Shown: positions 24,768-25,111 of the stretch, piece after piece | How the letters are laid out: the number at the start of each line of letters is the position of its first letter | How positions within the stretch are numbered: position 1 is the stretch's first letter | Virus record (IMG/VR): IMGVR_UViG_3300033076_000251 | Coordinates: 1 to 25,111 of that record | Strand: one strand, 5' to 3' | DNA length: 25,111 nt | Source of the DNA: a virus | Taxonomy: Duplodnaviria > Caudoviricetes | Position numbers and translations under genes: made by a program | The notes under the pieces: generated by a model | Told to the model about the DNA's origin: nothing | Seen by the model: only the letters and a program-made list of their open reading frames with translations | Database searches by the model: none

Positions 24768-24881
24768 TTTTAAATATATATATAATATATTTTATATTAT
24801 ATATTATATATTATTATTATATATAATATATATTATTATTATATATTATTATATATTATATTATATATTATTATAATTATA
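24768..24881. repeat. 114-nt A/T-only low-complexity tract
   Basis: No G or C from 24768 to 24881; built from degenerate TATAT/TAT units. Confidence 0.95.
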
Positions 24882-24888
24882 GTTTTTT

Positions 24889-24917
24889 ATTATAGCGAGT
24901 TTTGTGTTATTTGTCAA
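24889..24917 (-). promoter_or_regulatory. Consensus sigma70-type promoter facing the structural operon
   Basis: Minus strand TTGACA (24917-24912), 17-nt spacer aataacacaaaactcgc, TATAAT (24894-24889). Predicted start ~24882. Confidence 0.88.
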
Positions 24918-25111
24918 TACCTCCCCTTGAAAAAGTATATATCGCCGTTAAATGGAGGGTTGAACTCCTCATCCGCCCTCTCACTTTTCCCCCCTCCCCC
25001 CCTCAAAACTTCGTCGAAAAGTCGCTATCTTCGCACATCTTCGTTTATCAACGCATTAGCACATTCTAATATACATATGTTCCCTCTTGCTGTTGCACAT
25101 TCCAGGTATGT

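Larger units (their letters stand above)
1..25111 (-). mobile_element. Tailed phage (podovirus-like) packaging/morphogenesis region
   Basis: Co-oriented, tightly packed minus-strand genes in the order terS-terL-portal-GroES-scaffold-capsid-adaptor-nozzle-ejection proteins. No tail tube, tape measure or sheath gene is recognisable. No integrase or host genes are visible, so lytic versus prophage state cannot be told. Confidence 0.95.

Noticed and set aside
24620-24890. CRISPR array or tRNA in the non-coding region
   Set aside because: No regularly spaced identical repeats with unique spacers and no cloverleaf; only inverted repeats and AT low complexity.
24927-24955. Divergent plus-strand promoter (TTGAAA...TTAAAT)
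   Set aside because: Spacer is only 15 nt, the -10 is poor, and no downstream ORF lies in the window.

Overview
This window is the packaging, head, short-tail and DNA-ejection region of a podovirus-like tailed phage (Caudoviricetes), almost entirely on the minus strand. Reading from the right end: a perfect sigma70-type promoter (TTGACA-17-TATAAT, 24889-24917) precedes a ~290-nt leader holding a 114-nt A/T-only tract and twin 15-bp hairpins. Then come a 131-aa low-complexity ORF, a 611-aa protein with a divergent PcfJ-like C-terminal domain, small and large terminase, an HExxH metallopeptidase-like gene, portal, a phage GroES, scaffold, a probable capsid decoration protein, a Mu gpT-like major capsid protein and a terminator. 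Next is a mosaic accessory block (8.3-13.8 kb) that includes a clan GH-A glycoside hydrolase and a polyglycine protein, followed by adaptor, P22 gp10-like nozzle, a needle-position protein and three ejection-type proteins, the last running off the left edge. The strongest unexplained signals are: (i) intragenic GC mosaicism, where genes keep AT-rich native ends but carry GC-rich interiors or halves; (ii) candidate effector genes (PcfJ-like, zincin-like) interleaved with the packaging genes; (iii) the unusual promoter-leader structure. All family calls come from motif recognition and synteny, not database searches. GC values are hand counts of single 60-nt lines.
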